Of a stretch of 59,458 nucleotides of DNA, positions 9,597 to 18,532 are shown in pieces. The notes under the pieces are model-generated. The model made no database searches. It was not told the origin of the DNA and was given only the letters and a program-made list of their open reading frames with translations. A program made the translations under genes and the position numbers. Within the stretch, counting starts at the first letter, position 1. The number at the start of each line of letters is the position of its first letter. Location of the stretch: NCBI GenBank assembly GCA_028286825.1, contig JAQBQV010000016.1, positions 1 through 59,458 of the forward strand, written 5' to 3'. Origin of the DNA: Parcubacteria group bacterium (lineage in GTDB: Bacteria > Patescibacteriota > Minisyncoccia > Phycocordibacterales > Phycocordibacteraceae).

Positions 9597-9842
9597 ATGA
9601 GCGAAGGCGACGAGATAAAACCAACGGCTGCAGGGACCGTTGAAGAGGTGTTGCCGAACTCGCTTTTTCGTGTTCGACTCCCACTCCCAGAAGGGAAGGA
9701 GGATGGCGATGGAGAACTTGTTCTCGCATATCTCGCCGGCAAGATGCGCCTGCATCGCATACGTGTTCTCGTCGGAGATCAGGTCGATATGGTGCTCGAT
9801 CCATATGGAGGTCGAGCAAGAATTGTGCGTCGGTTAACTTAA
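9597..9842 (+). CDS. infA: translation initiation factor IF-1 (with loop insertion)
   Basis: Conserved elements are [14 protein letters not shown]...[20 protein letters not shown]...DPY..RARIV. The extra segment [12 protein letters not shown] interrupts the S1 fold. Confidence 0.9.
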   Translation: MSEGDEIKPTAAGTVEEVLPNSLFRVRLPLPEGKEDGDGELVLAYLAGKMRLHRIRVLVGDQVDMVLDPYGGRARIVRRLT

Positions 9843-9861
9843 TTTATTTCACAAAGATCAC

Positions 9862-9978
9862 ATGAAAGTTCGTGCGTCGATACGAGTCCAACAGCCAGGA
9901 GATCAGCTCGTCCGTAGAGGCGGGCGCTTGTATCGTATTAACAAGAAGAACCCGCGCCGTAAGGCGCGTCAGGGATAA
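9862..9978 (+). CDS. rpmJ: 50S ribosomal protein L36 (Cys-less, zinc-independent type)
   Basis: Not in the ORF track (38 aa). Hand translation gives [38 protein letters not shown]. It sits in the canonical infA-rpmJ-rpsM position. Confidence 0.8.
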   Translation: MKVRASIRVQQPGDQLVRRGGRLYRINKKNPRRKARQG

Positions 9979-9987
9979 TATTTTCGT

Positions 9988-10368
9988 ATGCGTATCGCAG
10001 GAGTAACCATTCCAGATGACAAGCAACTAGCGTATTCATTGCCGCTTATTTATGGCATCGGCCCTGCGCGTGCTCGCTTGATCCTTACAACGGTTGGTGT
10101 TCCATTTAATAAAAAAGGTAGCGAGGTCACGAGTGATGAGGAGCAAAAGATTCGTTCGCTCGCTGAGGGCTATACGATTGAGGGAGAACTTCGCCGCGAG
10201 GTTGCACAGAATATCAAGCGTCTTAAGGATATCCGCAGTGACCGTGGTGATCGCCACGCACGCGGGCTTCCAGTACGTGGTCAGCGCACCAAGACTAACT
10301 CTCGAACACGCCGCGGTAACGTCCGCAAAACGATGACCTCTGGTCGCCGTACGCTTGAAAAAACCTAA
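9988..10368 (+). CDS. rpsM: 30S ribosomal protein S13
   Basis: MRIAGVTIPDDKQLAYSLPLIYGIG... is a typical S13; operon context supports it. Confidence 0.97.
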   Translation: MRIAGVTIPDDKQLAYSLPLIYGIGPARARLILTTVGVPFNKKGSEVTSDEEQKIRSLAEGYTIEGELRREVAQNIKRLKDIRSDRGDRHARGLPVRGQRTKTNSRTRRGNVRKTMTSGRRTLEKT

Positions 10369-10371
10369 TCT

Positions 10372-10806
10372 ATGGGAAAAAAACGAATCATTAAAAAGAG
10401 TGGAAAGGGGATGGACCAAGGCCGCAAAGAGCGTGCCATGGGTAAGGCCACCAAACGTCACCTCGAGAAGGGTGTGCTTCACATTGAGGCTACCTTCAAC
10501 AACACTAAGGCTGTCCTTACGGACGAAAAGGGGAACGCCGTGGTTTCTTCAAGCGCAGGCGCACTTGGCTTTGCCGGCGCTCGCAAGTCGACGCCATATG
10601 CAGCTGCTAAGGTTGGTGAATTCCTCGGCGAGAAAGGCATGATGATCGGCCTTAAAGAGGCGAGCGTCGTGATCCGAGGTGTGGGCGCCGGACGCGAGTC
10701 AGTGCTCCGTGCCTTCTCAGGCAAGGGAGTCCAAATTCGCTCAATTAAGGACGTGACTCCAGTTCCTCACAACGGCCCACGCGCACCTAAGGCTCGCCGC
10801 ATCTAA
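10372..10806 (+). CDS. rpsK: 30S ribosomal protein S11
   Basis: HIEATFNNT...GFAGARKSTPYAA...PHNGPRAPKARR is typical of S11. Confidence 0.97.
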   Translation: MGKKRIIKKSGKGMDQGRKERAMGKATKRHLEKGVLHIEATFNNTKAVLTDEKGNAVVSSSAGALGFAGARKSTPYAAAKVGEFLGEKGMMIGLKEASVVIRGVGAGRESVLRAFSGKGVQIRSIKDVTPVPHNGPRAPKARRI

Positions 10807-10812
10807 TTCAAT

Positions 10813-11424
10813 ATGAAAACAGGTCCACGATACAAAATAGCTAAACGACTCGGAGCAACCGTCTTCGAGAAGGCGCAGACTCAAAAGTTTGCGATCTCGG
10901 CTGAGCGCACTGCGAAGAATAAGAAGCGCGGGCGCGGGCGCCAGAGTGAATACGGAAAGCAAATGCTCGAGAAGCAGAAGGTCCGTATTACCTACGGTCT
11001 CCCAGAGCGTCAGTTCCGTAATTATGTGAATAAGGCACTCGCAGTTAAAAGCAGCAAGCCTACTGATCGCCTCCACGAGCTTCTTGAAATGCGCCTCGAT
11101 AACGTCGTGTGGCGCCTCGGCCTCGCCTCAACTCGTCGTGCTGCTCGCCAAATGGTTGCGCACGGCCATGTGATGGTCGGTACAAAGAAGAGTCGCGTGC
11201 CTTCACAGGCGCTTTCTGTCGGCGACAAAATTGCTGTTCGCGATGGTTCAAAGTCGCACGGTTCGTTTGTTGGCTTCGCTGAACGGTTTAACGAGCGCCC
11301 ACTCCCATCATGGCTCTCGTGGAACCCGAGTAACATGGAGGGTAGCGTGCTTGAGCGACCAACGACAGCGTCGGCTGACGTCGCTGGCGACCTCGTGTCC
11401 GTGCTCTCGTTCTACACGAGATAA
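10813..11424 (+). CDS. rpsD: 30S ribosomal protein S4
   Basis: The S4 N-terminal region plus the S4 RNA-binding domain (RLDNVVWRLGLASTRRAARQMVAHGHV). Confidence 0.97.
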   Translation: MKTGPRYKIAKRLGATVFEKAQTQKFAISAERTAKNKKRGRGRQSEYGKQMLEKQKVRITYGLPERQFRNYVNKALAVKSSKPTDRLHELLEMRLDNVVWRLGLASTRRAARQMVAHGHVMVGTKKSRVPSQALSVGDKIAVRDGSKSHGSFVGFAERFNERPLPSWLSWNPSNMEGSVLERPTTASADVAGDLVSVLSFYTR

Positions 11425-11452
11425 TTTATTAACTGGTAATTACGATTGCGTT

Positions 11453-12400
11453 ATGGAATACCACATTACACTACCAAGTAAGCCCCGCATTGTGAGCGAA
11501 GAAGGCGTTCAAGGCGTTTACGAAATAGACTCACTCTATCCGGGTTACGGGCACACGCTCGGCAACTCATTGCGCCGCATTATCCTTTCGTCACTCCCGG
11601 GCGCTGCTATTACACAGGTCAAGATTGAAGGCGTTCCTCACGAGTTTGCTACCATGGACGGCGTTCGCGAGACTGTAATGGAGATGCTGCTCAACCTCAA
11701 GCGAATTCACTTTGTGCTTCACGGTGACGAGTCTCAGACGATCTCACTTTCAGTAAAAAATACAGGCGAAATAACGGCTAAGGATTTTAACCTTCCTTCA
11801 CAGGTTGAGATTAAAAATCCTGAGCAGCATGTCGCTGACCTCTCAGGTAAAGCTAACCTCGAACTTGAGGCTACGATTGAACGCGGCTTGGGTTATGTAC
11901 CACGAGAAGTTCTCACCAAAGACAAGGTTGAGATCGGTACCATTGCACTTGACGCTACCTTCACACCTATTCGCCGCGTAAACTATGAGGTTGAGAACAT
12001 GCGTGTTGGTGACCGTACCGACTTTAACCGCCTCCGCATTCTCATCGAAACTAATGGCACCATCGCACCACGCGAAGCTCTTGAAGCTGCTATTGAGACG
12101 ATGATTCATCAGCTCAAGGCCGTGATTGGCTTCCAGGAGTCAGTTATGGAGGAGTCTCCAATGCTTGAGTCTAAGAAATCAGTTGACTCGAGCGTCGACG
12201 CAACCAAGGTTAAGGTTGCTGACCTCGGTCTCTCAACTCGCGTTACAGGAGCGCTTGAAGAGGCGGGTATTAAGAGCGCGGCAGGACTTGCTCGTAAGAC
12301 TGCTGACGCGCTTAAGGAACTCGACGGCATTGGCGACAAAGCCGTTACTGAAATCTCTGATGCCTTAGCTAACCTCGGGCTCACCTTGAAAGCCGACTAA
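11453..12400 (+). CDS. rpoA: DNA-directed RNA polymerase subunit alpha
   Basis: Start is set at MEYHITLPSKPRIV (ATG 11453). N-terminal domain motifs (GHTLGNSLRRILLSS-like) and the C-terminal HhH domain are present. The 11231 extension overlaps rpsD. Confidence 0.95.
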   Translation: MEYHITLPSKPRIVSEEGVQGVYEIDSLYPGYGHTLGNSLRRIILSSLPGAAITQVKIEGVPHEFATMDGVRETVMEMLLNLKRIHFVLHGDESQTISLSVKNTGEITAKDFNLPSQVEIKNPEQHVADLSGKANLELEATIERGLGYVPREVLTKDKVEIGTIALDATFTPIRRVNYEVENMRVGDRTDFNRLRILIETNGTIAPREALEAAIETMIHQLKAVIGFQESVMEESPMLESKKSVDSSVDATKVKVADLGLSTRVTGALEEAGIKSAAGLARKTADALKELDGIGDKAVTEISDALANLGLTLKAD

Positions 12401-12405
12401 TTACT

Positions 12406-12759
12406 ATGGCGTACACGAAAAAAGCACAAACCTTCCATCGTAAGTCCGGGCAACGCTCGGCGCTTATGAAGTCTCTCGCACGATCCCTCGTGCTTGAAGA
12501 ACGCATCTCAACCACCGAAGCTAAGGCTAAGGCACTACGCCCTATGGTTGAGCGACTCGTCACCTACGCAAAGAGTGGTACGGTTGCAAACCGTCGCCTC
12601 ACAAAGGCAAAGCTTGGCGACGACGAAGCAGTTAAGAAGCTCTTCGACTCGATCGCTCCACGCTATGTTGACCGGAAGGGCGGTTACACCCGTATCGTGA
12701 AGCGCACCTTGCGCGGAAGTAACGATGCCCGTAAGCTGGCATATATCGCATTTGTATAG
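12406..12759 (+). CDS. rplQ: 50S ribosomal protein L17
   Basis: HRKSGQRSALMKSLARSLVLEERISTT is typical of L17. Confidence 0.95.
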   Translation: MAYTKKAQTFHRKSGQRSALMKSLARSLVLEERISTTEAKAKALRPMVERLVTYAKSGTVANRRLTKAKLGDDEAVKKLFDSIAPRYVDRKGGYTRIVKRTLRGSNDARKLAYIAFV

Positions 12760-12762
12760 CAT

Positions 12763-13134
12763 ATGACACTCAACACAAAACCAGCTCCAACAACCTACGA
12801 CATCGACGCAACCGGCCGTACGCTCGGTCGTGTCTGTAGCGAAGCGGCGAGCGTCCTCCTCGGCAAGAAGTCAGTGCACTTCTCAAAGAATCAGGCGCTT
12901 CCAATCACGGTGACGATCAACAACGCAAGCAAAATGCACATCACGACAAAGCGTGCCCAAGGCAAGATCTACACCCACTACACCGGCTATCCAGGCGGAC
13001 TCCGCGAGATGAGCATGGAAGTGATGATCGACAAGAAGGGAATTGCTGAAGTCGTCGTCAAAACAGTTGATGGGATGATCCCCCGCAACAAGCTTCGCAA
13101 GCCTCGTATGAAGAATCTTAAGGTCAATGCATAA
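12763..13134 (+). CDS. rplM: 50S ribosomal protein L13
   Basis: DATGRTLGRVCSEAASVLLGK...HYTGYPGG is typical of L13. Confidence 0.95.
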   Translation: MTLNTKPAPTTYDIDATGRTLGRVCSEAASVLLGKKSVHFSKNQALPITVTINNASKMHITTKRAQGKIYTHYTGYPGGLREMSMEVMIDKKGIAEVVVKTVDGMIPRNKLRKPRMKNLKVNA

Positions 13135-13531
13135 TATGGCACCTATTTACACCAACGCAGTCGGACGCCGCAAGACCGCTATCGCGAGCGTTCGTATTAC
13201 ACCAGCCCCTAAGTCGAGCCTCTTGGTCAATGGCAAGACCCCTAAGGAGTATTTCAAGACTGACTTGCGCGCCCTCATCGCTGAAGAAGCGTTTGCAAAA
13301 GCGGAGAGCGTTGAAAACTACGCAGTCACAGCACACGTCGAAGGTGGTGGTATCGCAGCTCAGGCTGATGCAGTACGCCACGCTATCTCTCGTGCTATTA
13401 GTAAAGTCGAGCCTTCTACTCGCGCCGTCCTCAAGGCAGCTAAGTTCCTCATGCGCGATCCTCGTGCTAAGGAGCGTAAGAAGCCAGGTCTTGTGAAAGC
13501 CCGCAAGGCTAAGCAATGGAGTAAGCGTTAA
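13127..13531 (+). CDS. rpsI: 30S ribosomal protein S9
   Basis: GRRKTAIA...ends ...KARKAKQWSKR. The start could instead be ATG 13136; either way it overlaps or abuts the rplM stop. Confidence 0.95.
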   Translation: MHNMAPIYTNAVGRRKTAIASVRITPAPKSSLLVNGKTPKEYFKTDLRALIAEEAFAKAESVENYAVTAHVEGGGIAAQADAVRHAISRAISKVEPSTRAVLKAAKFLMRDPRAKERKKPGLVKARKAKQWSKR

Positions 13532-13539
13532 TATCTCTC

Positions 13540-13571
13540 AAAGACCCGCCACAAAGGCGGGTCTTTGTTTT
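13540..13571 (+). terminator. intrinsic terminator ending the ribosomal operon
   Basis: aaagacccgcc-acaaa-ggcgggtcttt followed by gtttt. Confidence 0.85.
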
Positions 13572-13703
13572 ACCCTGCATGTGTGGATAAGTAGATGCCG
13601 GACAAAATCGTTTGGTATACCTATTAGTGCACCACTAATAATAAGCAATCAACCAAAAGCTAATAAGTAGTAGAACGCTGAAAGGAAGAAGTGCAACGCA
13701 ATA

Positions 13704-13856
13704 AACGAAAACGCCCTTAGATGGGAGGGCACCATAAAATCAGCATGGTTGCGAAACCCTTCTACACGGGAACCCGTATGGTTCCCCAGTACTGATCAGT
13801 ACGTCTATGTAGGTATGCTGGCCTAATGGCGCCTTCCGGTTGAGGGCGTTTTCGTT
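13704..13856 (+). ncRNA. candidate structured RNA of unknown class (strand not established)
   Basis: A 14-bp closing helix pairs 13704-13717 with 13843-13856 and continues as an imperfect rod (gggagggcacc/ggcgccttcc; cagcat/atgctg). The apex is branched: a GCGA-capped hairpin at 13747-13758, gggaacc/ggttccc at 13768-13786, and gtact/agtac at 13789-13802. It lies in a 440-nt gap without a credible ORF. Confidence 0.3.
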
Positions 13857-13940
13857 ATCTTACGGATATAAGTATATCAATTTGTATCAAAAGTTATTCA
13901 CAGGTAGGGGCCGAAAATGAGTATGTCATAGTCGAGAGAC

Positions 13941-13978
13941 TTGCATGCAGATATAGAGATATGCTAATATATGCATAT
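13941..13978 (+). promoter_or_regulatory. TTGCAT-18-TAATAT promoter of the ArsR gene with overlapping palindromes (TGCATGCA; ATATGC-N8-GCATAT) as a possible auto-operator
   Basis: The -10 abuts ATG 13971 and lies 6 nt from ATG 13977. The palindromes cover the -35 and the -10/start region. Confidence 0.4.
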
Positions 13979-14261
13979 GACTGACTTATGCAAAGAGATA
14001 GCACGTATGGGCAAGGGTATCGCCAATGAGAATCGGTATCGGATATTAGAGGTCCTCATGAAGGGCTCCATGAGCGTGAGCGATATTGCTCTAAGCGTAG
14101 GACTGCCTCAGCCAGCGGTATCGCAGCATTTGAAAGTCTTAAAGAGTGCCGAGCTTGTCGAAGACACGCGGCAAGGGCAGGAGGTGATGTATTCAGTCAA
14201 CGTTGCGTATATGGCTTCGCTTTTGAAAAAGTTGGTCAAAGATTTACCTAATAAAAAATAA
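13971..14261 (+). CDS. ArsR/SmtB family transcriptional regulator
   Basis: Winged-HTH signature NRYRILEVL...SVSDIALSVGLPQPAVSQHLKVLKSAELV. The start may be the second ATG (13977) if the mRNA is leaderless. Confidence 0.85.
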   Translation: MHMTDLCKEIARMGKGIANENRYRILEVLMKGSMSVSDIALSVGLPQPAVSQHLKVLKSAELVEDTRQGQEVMYSVNVAYMASLLKKLVKDLPNKK

Positions 14262-14267
14262 AACACT

Positions 14268-14891
14268 ATGAATCAAACATTTGATACGATCGCAACGACG
14301 GATGTAACCACTCGAGCCGTAGCGGCTCTATCGATGAATGGCTTTTTGCCTGAAGTCGTAGCAACAGGTGCCGACGCCTTTGCGCGCATTAAAGAGCTCA
14401 TTCCCGCTGGAGTGTCGGTCATGAACGGCGCCTCAGAGACGCTGAAGCAGATCGGCTATATCGAGTACCTCACTTCAGGGGCGCACCAGTGGGTCAACCC
14501 AAAAGACGCGATCCTTAAAGAAGAGGACAAAGAGAAGCAAGACGCGCTGCGCAAGCAGTCTGTGGTCTCTGACTGGTACCTCGGGAGTGCTCACGCCGTG
14601 ACCGAGTCGGGCGAGCTGATGTTCGCATCAAACTCGGGAAGCCAGCTCCCGCACCTCGTCTACACTTCGCCTAACATCGTCCTTGTCGTGAGCACGCAAA
14701 AGATCGTCCCGAATATCGCCGCTGGCTTTGAGCGTATCGACGCGCACATTGTCCCGCTTGAAGACGTGCGAATGATGGAGGCGTATAAGATCCACACCAC
14801 GCACGCCAAGACGGTCATCCTCCATGAGGAGAACCCAATGATGGGCCGTAAAGTGCACGTCATCTTCGTCAAAGAAAAACTAGGCTTTTAG
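14268..14891 (+). CDS. LUD-domain (LutC/YkgG-like) protein
   Basis: About 207 aa with ...YLGSAHAVTESGELMFASNSGSQL...LVVSTQKIVP, typical of lactate-utilisation LUD/DUF162 domains. It lies 6 nt after the ArsR gene. Confidence 0.75.
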   Translation: MNQTFDTIATTDVTTRAVAALSMNGFLPEVVATGADAFARIKELIPAGVSVMNGASETLKQIGYIEYLTSGAHQWVNPKDAILKEEDKEKQDALRKQSVVSDWYLGSAHAVTESGELMFASNSGSQLPHLVYTSPNIVLVVSTQKIVPNIAAGFERIDAHIVPLEDVRMMEAYKIHTTHAKTVILHEENPMMGRKVHVIFVKEKLGF

Positions 14892-14982
14892 AAGAAGTAG
14901 TCGACATCAGTGCGTTTCCGTCATACTGTATACCTGGTACGCATTTTAAATCACCGACAAATCACCCGTTCAGGAGCAACGA

Positions 14983-15360
14983 ATGAGCTATATCTCACCG
15001 TATGAGCTTTCACACGAAGCACTGCTGAAGACACATCACGAGGCCATCGCAGAGCTAGAGAAAGCGAGAGCCTTAGGCGCGACTGACGCTGAACTTGACC
15101 GTTTACAAATTGTCGTGAGCCGGTATTACTGGGCGAATCTCGCTCGTTGCTTGCAAGCGGTATGTCCCTTCCGTAGGGGCGACAAAGTCCTCATCAGAAC
15201 CGCAGCGGGCAAACGTCGGATGCAAATCCATACGGTCAAGGATGTGTACTACCTTGGCGACCACTGGCGCATATCACGTGAATCGGACGGATGGTGGTTC
15301 CTGGATAGCAGGCTCGAGCTGGCTGAACGAGCGGGTCAGGATGAGCAGCTGGCGGCATGA
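14983..15360 (+). CDS. hypothetical protein
   Basis: AGGAG lies 6 nt upstream. A strong terminator is at 15381-15413. No recognisable motif. Confidence 0.5.
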   Translation: MSYISPYELSHEALLKTHHEAIAELEKARALGATDAELDRLQIVVSRYYWANLARCLQAVCPFRRGDKVLIRTAAGKRRMQIHTVKDVYYLGDHWRISRESDGWWFLDSRLELAERAGQDEQLAA

Positions 15361-15380
15361 GCTGACTAGCAGGCATTTCG

Positions 15381-15413
15381 AATCGCAGGGATCATTCCCT
15401 GCGATTTTGTTTT
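15381..15413 (+). terminator. intrinsic terminator
   Basis: aatcgcaggga-tcat-tccctgcgatt followed by ttgtttt. Confidence 0.85.
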
Positions 15414-15440
15414 GACTCACAACAGATTTTCGGGCATAGT
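15412..15440 (+). promoter_or_regulatory. TTGACT-17-CATAGT promoter, 8 nt before the grpE ATG
   Basis: Read directly. No CIRCE-like inverted repeat is present. Confidence 0.5.
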
Positions 15441-15448
15441 GGAGAGAT

Positions 15449-16033
15449 ATGGCTACCAGCTCAGCAGACGAAGAAGAGGTATTTGAAGAGGGGCGCGACA
15501 TTGAAGTCGCCCCCGAAGTAATTGAGGAGAGCGACCTCATCGACGACGAGGTCGACGAAGCCGGCGCAGCAGCTAAGGTCGTAACGTTGAAAGAAGAGGT
15601 AGGGGCGCTGCGTAAAGAGAAGCAGGAGTACATGGACGGATGGCAACGCGCAAAGGCCGACTATGTAAACGTACTCAAACGCTTTGAAGGCGAGAATAAA
15701 AGCGCGAAGCAGGCAGGTCTTTTAAAAGCTGTTGAGACACTTCTACCCGCATTTGACGCTCTTGAGCGCTCAAAAGAACATGGACAGATTCCCGAGGGCT
15801 TTGTAGCAATCGCGAAGCAGCTTGAGAGCGCCTTTATCTCTCTCGGGTTAGTCGAGGTAGGGAAAGCAGGTGAACCGTTTGACCCTTCACACCACGAGGC
15901 GTTCGGACAAGATGCAACTCAGTCAGCGGATGAAGACGGCAAAGTGACCGTGGTGCTTGAGAAGGGATGGCGAATTGGAGAAACGGTCATTCGCCCGGCG
16001 AAAGTTCGCATTGCAGCATTTGACAAGCAGTAA
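15449..16033 (+). CDS. grpE: nucleotide exchange factor GrpE
   Basis: Acidic N-terminus, a coiled coil, and a GrpE C-terminal beta domain (GEPFDPSHHEAF...GWRIGETVIRPAKV). Confidence 0.92.
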   Translation: MATSSADEEEVFEEGRDIEVAPEVIEESDLIDDEVDEAGAAAKVVTLKEEVGALRKEKQEYMDGWQRAKADYVNVLKRFEGENKSAKQAGLLKAVETLLPAFDALERSKEHGQIPEGFVAIAKQLESAFISLGLVEVGKAGEPFDPSHHEAFGQDATQSADEDGKVTVVLEKGWRIGETVIRPAKVRIAAFDKQ

Positions 16034-16070
16034 TACAGAAGTATAAAATATATCCCTAACTTTAAACCAT

Positions 16071-17990
16071 ATGGCAAAAATTCTTGGAATCGATCTCGGT
16101 ACGACCAACTCCGCAATGGCAATTGTCGAAGGCGGTGAACCTCGCGTTCTTGAGAATGCGGAGGGTGCCCGCACGACACCATCTATTGTTGCGGTGGGTA
16201 AAAGCGGTGAGCGCATCGTAGGGACTTTAGCAAAGCGCCAGTCAGTAACGAACCCACTTAACACGATTTTTCAAATTAAGCGGTTCATTGGCCACTCATT
16301 TGACGAAGCAGATGTACAGAAGGACAAGGCCGTAGTGCCATTTGAAATGCGTAAGGCGGACAATGGCGGCATCGAGGTCAAGATGACTGACAAATGGTAT
16401 CGTCCCGAGGAAATTTCGGCGATGATCTTGGGAAAACTTAAGGCTGATGCTGAAACGAAGCTTGGCGAAAAAATTACCCAAGCCGTGATCACCGTCCCAG
16501 CATACTTTAACGACGATCAGCGAAGCGCAACAAAGGCAGCGGGGCAGATTGCCGGCCTCGAAGTACTTCGCATCATTAATGAGCCGACTGCTGCTGCGCT
16601 TGCATATGGATTTAACAAGAAGAAAGACGAAAAAATTGCCGTCTTCGACTTCGGAGGTGGTACTTTCGATATATCCGTACTTGAAGTAGGAGGCGACGTG
16701 ATCGAAGTGAAGAGTACTGATGGCGATGCACACCTCGGAGGCAAAGACATCGACCAGAAGATCATTAACTGGCTCGCTGACGAATTTAAAAAAGAGAGCG
16801 GTATTGACGTGCGTAGCGACGCTCTCGCTCGCCAGCGCCTTGATGAAGCCGCTGAGAAGGCAAAGATTGAACTCTCTTCAGCAATGGAAACTGAGATCAA
16901 CATTCCGTTCCTCACCAGTGACGCCTCAGGCCCACGCCACCTGCTCATAAAAATGACTCGTGCGAAACTCGAAGAGGTTTCGGCCGAGTTTATAGAGCGC
17001 GCCATGGCAATCACCAAGCGCGCAATGGAAGCATCACCGTTTAAAATTGGAGACATAAACGAGGTCATCCTCGTTGGCGGCCAGACTCGTATGCCCGCGA
17101 TCCAAGCAGAGGTCGAAAAGTTTTTCGCTAAGAAGCCCAACATGAGCGTGAACCCCGATGAGGTAGTCGCGATTGGTGCAGCGATTCAGGCGGGCATTCT
17201 CCAGGGCGACGTGAAAGATATTCTTCTTGTTGATGTTATTCCACTGTCGCTCTCAATTGAGACGATGGGTGGCGTCGCGACAAAACTGATCGAGCGCAAT
17301 ACAGCAATCCCAACTTCGAGGTCACAAACCTTTTCGACAGCATCAGATAATCAGCCGTCAGTAGAGATTCACGTCACTCAAGGCGAACGTGCGATGAGTG
17401 CCGATAATAAATCGCTTGGTAAGTTTAATCTCGATGGGATTCCTCCGGCACCGCGCGGTATGCCACAAGTGGAAGTTACCTTTGATGTCGATGCATCCGG
17501 CATCCTGACCGTAAAGGCTACTGAGAAAACAACCGGGAAAGTGCAGTCGATTCGTATTGAAGGATCGACAGGTCTCAGTAAGGAAGATATTGAGAAAATG
17601 AAGGCAGACGCTGAAGTGAACGCCGCAGATGACGAGAAGCGTAAGGAGCTCGTTGAAGTGAGGAATGTCGCCGATCAAGCCATTTATGCTGCCGAGAAGG
17701 CGATCAAGGAGCATGGTGAGAAGGCAGGAGCTGAGGTAGTGAAAGAAGTGCAGGACAAGGTGGACGCTCTAAAAACCGCTCGCACAAGTGAAGATGCAAT
17801 CCTTATTAAGACAGCGACCGGGACGCTCTCGACCGCGCTCTCAAAGATAGGCGAAGCAATGGCAAAGGCTCAGCCACCATCAGGAGGTGAGGCACCGGTG
17901 CCTGACGCAGCACAGACTCCACCAAGCCCAACGGATATGCCTGAAGACGGGACTGAGAATGCTTCTGGACGGTTCGACGAGCCTCAATAG
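16071..17990 (+). CDS. dnaK: molecular chaperone DnaK (Hsp70)
   Basis: [17 protein letters not shown] and VGGQTRMP are canonical Hsp70 motifs. Confidence 0.98.
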   Translation: MAKILGIDLGTTNSAMAIVEGGEPRVLENAEGARTTPSIVAVGKSGERIVGTLAKRQSVTNPLNTIFQIKRFIGHSFDEADVQKDKAVVPFEMRKADNGGIEVKMTDKWYRPEEISAMILGKLKADAETKLGEKITQAVITVPAYFNDDQRSATKAAGQIAGLEVLRIINEPTAAALAYGFNKKKDEKIAVFDFGGGTFDISVLEVGGDVIEVKSTDGDAHLGGKDIDQKIINWLADEFKKESGIDVRSDALARQRLDEAAEKAKIELSSAMETEINIPFLTSDASGPRHLLIKMTRAKLEEVSAEFIERAMAITKRAMEASPFKIGDINEVILVGGQTRMPAIQAEVEKFFAKKPNMSVNPDEVVAIGAAIQAGILQGDVKDILLVDVIPLSLSIETMGGVATKLIERNTAIPTSRSQTFSTASDNQPSVEIHVTQGERAMSADNKSLGKFNLDGIPPAPRGMPQVEVTFDVDASGILTVKATEKTTGKVQSIRIEGSTGLSKEDIEKMKADAEVNAADDEKRKELVEVRNVADQAIYAAEKAIKEHGEKAGAEVVKEVQDKVDALKTARTSEDAILIKTATGTLSTALSKIGEAMAKAQPPSGGEAPVPDAAQTPPSPTDMPEDGTENASGRFDEPQ

Positions 17991-18004
17991 CATCAGTCAT
18001 ACGA

Positions 18005-18046
18005 AAACAACGCCGCGCGAGGGAATCCCTCGCGCGGCGTTGTTTC
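18005..18046 (+). terminator. intrinsic terminator after dnaK
   Basis: An 18-bp stem aacaacgccgcgcgaggg/ccctcgcgcggcgttgtt followed by a short T-tract. Confidence 0.8.
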
Positions 18047-18134
18047 GAACTACTTCATGAAGTCTTAATCGACCATATGGCTTAATTGAATACAGATGCG
18101 GGGAGGTCTTGCATCAATACAAGGGAGAATACGC

Positions 18135-18365
18135 GTGAGTATTTACGATAAAAAAATTCCGTTCGACCTGTTTGTCGAAGGTGTACTCATAGGCCAGTAT
18201 GTAACGTATCGCAAATTGGATTACGGTGAGACCATTCTCTACAAAGGCCGCGCCTTCGTTGTCGTTAATTACGATTTTGAAGACGATCAATGGGATAAAG
18301 ACATCAAGTTGTACAAAGCAAATGTACGACCAACGGTAAACGACGAAGTCCTGGCTGACGACTAG
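18135..18365 (+). CDS. small hypothetical protein inserted between dnaK and dnaJ
   Basis: GGGAG lies 7 nt before GTG 18135; ATG 18096 is an alternative start. No recognisable motif. Confidence 0.45.
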   Translation: MSIYDKKIPFDLFVEGVLIGQYVTYRKLDYGETILYKGRAFVVVNYDFEDDQWDKDIKLYKANVRPTVNDEVLADD

Positions 18366-18503
18366 TCAGTCGTAACAAATCATGCGTGGATGGCACGCTT
18401 AAAACGTTCAGGTGCCCCTACCAGATCTTCACTCTTTAGACCGCTACCTAAGCGGACAGAACTTCTCATTAACGGCGATGGGCAACCATTGCTGTTTTCT
18501 TTT

Positions 18504-18532
18504 TTGCATAGGAAATTGAAGAGGCGTATAAT
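18504..18532 (+). promoter_or_regulatory. near-consensus TTGCAT-17-TATAAT promoter, 7 nt before the dnaJ ATG
   Basis: Read directly from the sequence. Confidence 0.6.

Noticed and set aside
11231-11452. Long N-terminal extensions offered by the ORF track: rpoA from 11231, ABC exporter from 21964, carboxypeptidase from 32821, dnaJ from 18390, aspS from 29614 and pepO to 4228.
   Set aside because: The extensions overlap upstream genes or terminators and have no homology to the families' N-termini. Internal ATGs match the conserved N-termini and sit right after promoter-like boxes.
13704-13856. I tried to assign the structured element to SRP (4.5S) RNA, 6S RNA, tmRNA or a fluoride/other riboswitch.
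   Set aside because: It has no helix-8 GGAA-tetraloop/AGCA symmetric-loop arrangement, although CCGGAAGG occurs on the reverse strand inside a long helix. It has no central 6S bubble, since the apex is branched. It has no tRNA-like end. The GATGG...CCATAAAA resemblance to crcB motifs is superficial, and the downstream gene is ArsR, not crcB. I left it as unknown.
15361-15448. I looked for an HrcA/CIRCE operator upstream of grpE-dnaK.
   Set aside because: No TTAGCACTC-N9-GAGTGCTAA-like inverted repeat is present. The only hairpin is the upstream terminator.
16517-17143. A 208-aa ORF antisense to dnaK.
   Set aside because: It is a shadow ORF inside a highly conserved gene, with Ser/Ala/Arg-rich composition typical of antisense frames and no start signals.
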